From the human T2T-CHM13v2.0 reference genome, Homo sapiens: 64,000 nucleotides of DNA. The DNA lies in assembly GCF_009914755.1 (NCBI RefSeq), contig NC_060930.1; one strand, given 5' to 3'. The position numbers were made by a program, and so were the translations under genes. Shown one piece after another: positions 62,063-64,000 of this stretch (within the stretch, counting starts at the first letter, position 1; each line of letters starts with the position of its first letter). The notes below the pieces were generated by a model. The model was given only the letters and a program-made list of their open reading frames with translations. It made no database searches and was not told the DNA's origin.

Positions 62063-64000
62063 GTTTCCCTTGAAGGCAAAAAGTGTTATCCCAAGTCACA
62101 TTTTGCATAATTTGCTTTATGATGAATATAAACACATATCATATTAATTATTTGCATCATAATATGACATAGTTAGCAGTTTTTCTGATCAATTACATAA
62201 GTTCCCATTAACTTGCCAAAAAAAGTTAATATATATATCCAGTGTCTGTGTTATTGGTATATTTTCGACCATTTTGAAATCAGTCATTAACGTATTAGCA
62301 TTGACTTTAAGTTCCTATATATATTTGATTAAATGAAAGCCTTAAAAAATTGGAAGTGACATGTTTGAATTTTATAATTTGAATACTATTGAATTTTACT
62401 TTTTGACCTTGATATCTTCATTTTATTCCCATAAAATGTAAAACAACTACACTGGCTGAAAGAAAGTCAATGTGTGCTTCAATAATCATAGATTTTTGTG
62501 AATTAAATCTTTCTAGGCTAATTATGAGGAACTTCTGCAATAATAAAGTAACACCATAATTGTTACTTTTTATAATATTCCTATACTGTGACTTTTGGCC
62601 TGGTTTGACATCAGAGTATAATTGTGATTAGAAAATTGTAGAAAATATGTTCATTAGTTAGAATTTTAATACATATTTGCTTTTCAACCGCCTGCAATTA
62701 CACTAGTACCTATTACTCATAATAACCATGAGGTTGTATTATCTATAGTGGCACAGAGGCACAAATATTCAATAACCTGAGGATATCATACTAACCGTGG
62801 CATATTTACAATTAAAATTCAAATATTTTCTGCTCATTTGGTCTCATTTCTATTGCTATTCACTACACTTCAGATTAAACTGTCTACATTAAATTAAATT
62901 TGGAGTTAACATTTGGCTATGTTTACTCAAAGTAATTGAGAAGCCATCGTTTATCTTTTAAAACAGAGAAGAATAAATTGATGAGTCACAGATGTTTCTC
63001 AAGGAGTTCTATATATTCCAGTGGCTAATGCAGAGTATTAACATGAAGAGAATGCAGGGATTTCCTTCTCCAAATCACTGCCATTTAATTTAGGCTTGGT
63101 AATGTCTGGGAAAATGCAAACTGTTCTCTGGAAAACTGAGAAAAGAAGTCAAGTTCCTTCTAGAAACATGCTTGTGTTGAGCAGAGAAGGGGAGAACAGA
63201 GTGTAAAATGGATGGCTTCCCTAGGAAACAGAATCTTGTCTCTTAGGACAGCAGGAATAAGTAGGCAAAACCACAGAAGGGGGAATCAGCATGAAGCATT
63301 TAGGGAACACTAAATAGTCACCTATCTCTAGAGCAGAGAGTCCAAATTGAGAAAGTGTAGGACATACAGCTAGTAAACATCAGGACTAAGACACTGAGAT
63401 ACCAGGCTAAGGAGACACCTATAAAAGTGGAGTGTGGGCCTCCTAGGACATGGTCCCCATATTCGTTGTCTTCTTTTACTCTTCAGTCCTCTGGGAAGCC
63501 TTTCCTAACATTTTCTTCCCTGTAGTTCAAAGATTCTTGTTCAGTGCTTCCCAGCACCCGGTGCTTCCCCATCTTAGACTATTACACTTCACTGCCGCGG
63601 CTTCGTTTATTATTTTTGCTTAGTAAATTGTAAGCACCCTGATTGAGTCTGTTGGCTCATCTTTGTTTTCTATTCCTTAGCACATAGTGTATGCTCAATA
63701 AATAAGTGTTCAGTGACAGAATTGCTTCATTTGGAATCCTACAAAGTGCTGCAAAATAATTTTAAGCAGATTTTTGAATAAAAAAAGTTATGCTAGCAGA
63801 CATAGAAATGGACTATAAAGGACTAAAACTGATGCTGAAGAGACTGCTTTAAAGTGTAACTAAATTAGTTAGCTAATAAGTATTGGAAGCCTGCACTAAT
63901 TTATTCATTCAATACTTATTTATCAAGCATATACTATGTATCAGCCACTGTACTAGGAACTGGAGATACAATCCTGAGCACAGTCTTCCAGTAAATTTGA

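Overview
Human genomic DNA (AT-rich, repeat-dense; an AluYb8 insertion indicates Homo sapiens). The window holds the 3' two-thirds of GFRAL (GDNF family receptor alpha-like, the GDF15 receptor) on the + strand: six GT-AG-bounded coding exons (exons 4-9 by recalled numbering) at 9681-9734, 10842-11172, 18477-18727, 58768-58863, 58957-59029 and 61376-61439, then a 3' UTR with an antisense Alu and AATAAA at 62057. Exons 1-3 lie upstream of the window. The introns are mostly transposon-derived. They include two full-length but inactive L1PA elements in opposite orientation flanking exons 4-6 (one retains the 129-bp ZNF93-target segment, the other lacks it), several truncated L1s, six Alus, MaLR/ERV LTRs and DNA transposon fossils. 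Nearly all other ORF calls are L1 fragments or noise. The leading hypotheses, none tested, are: (1) an in-frame L1 ORF0-GFRAL exon 7-9 fusion driven by the L1 antisense promoter; (2) a stop-free 636-nt exon 4-6 circular RNA favoured by the inverted L1 pair; (3) soluble GFRAL isoforms made by intronic polyadenylation.
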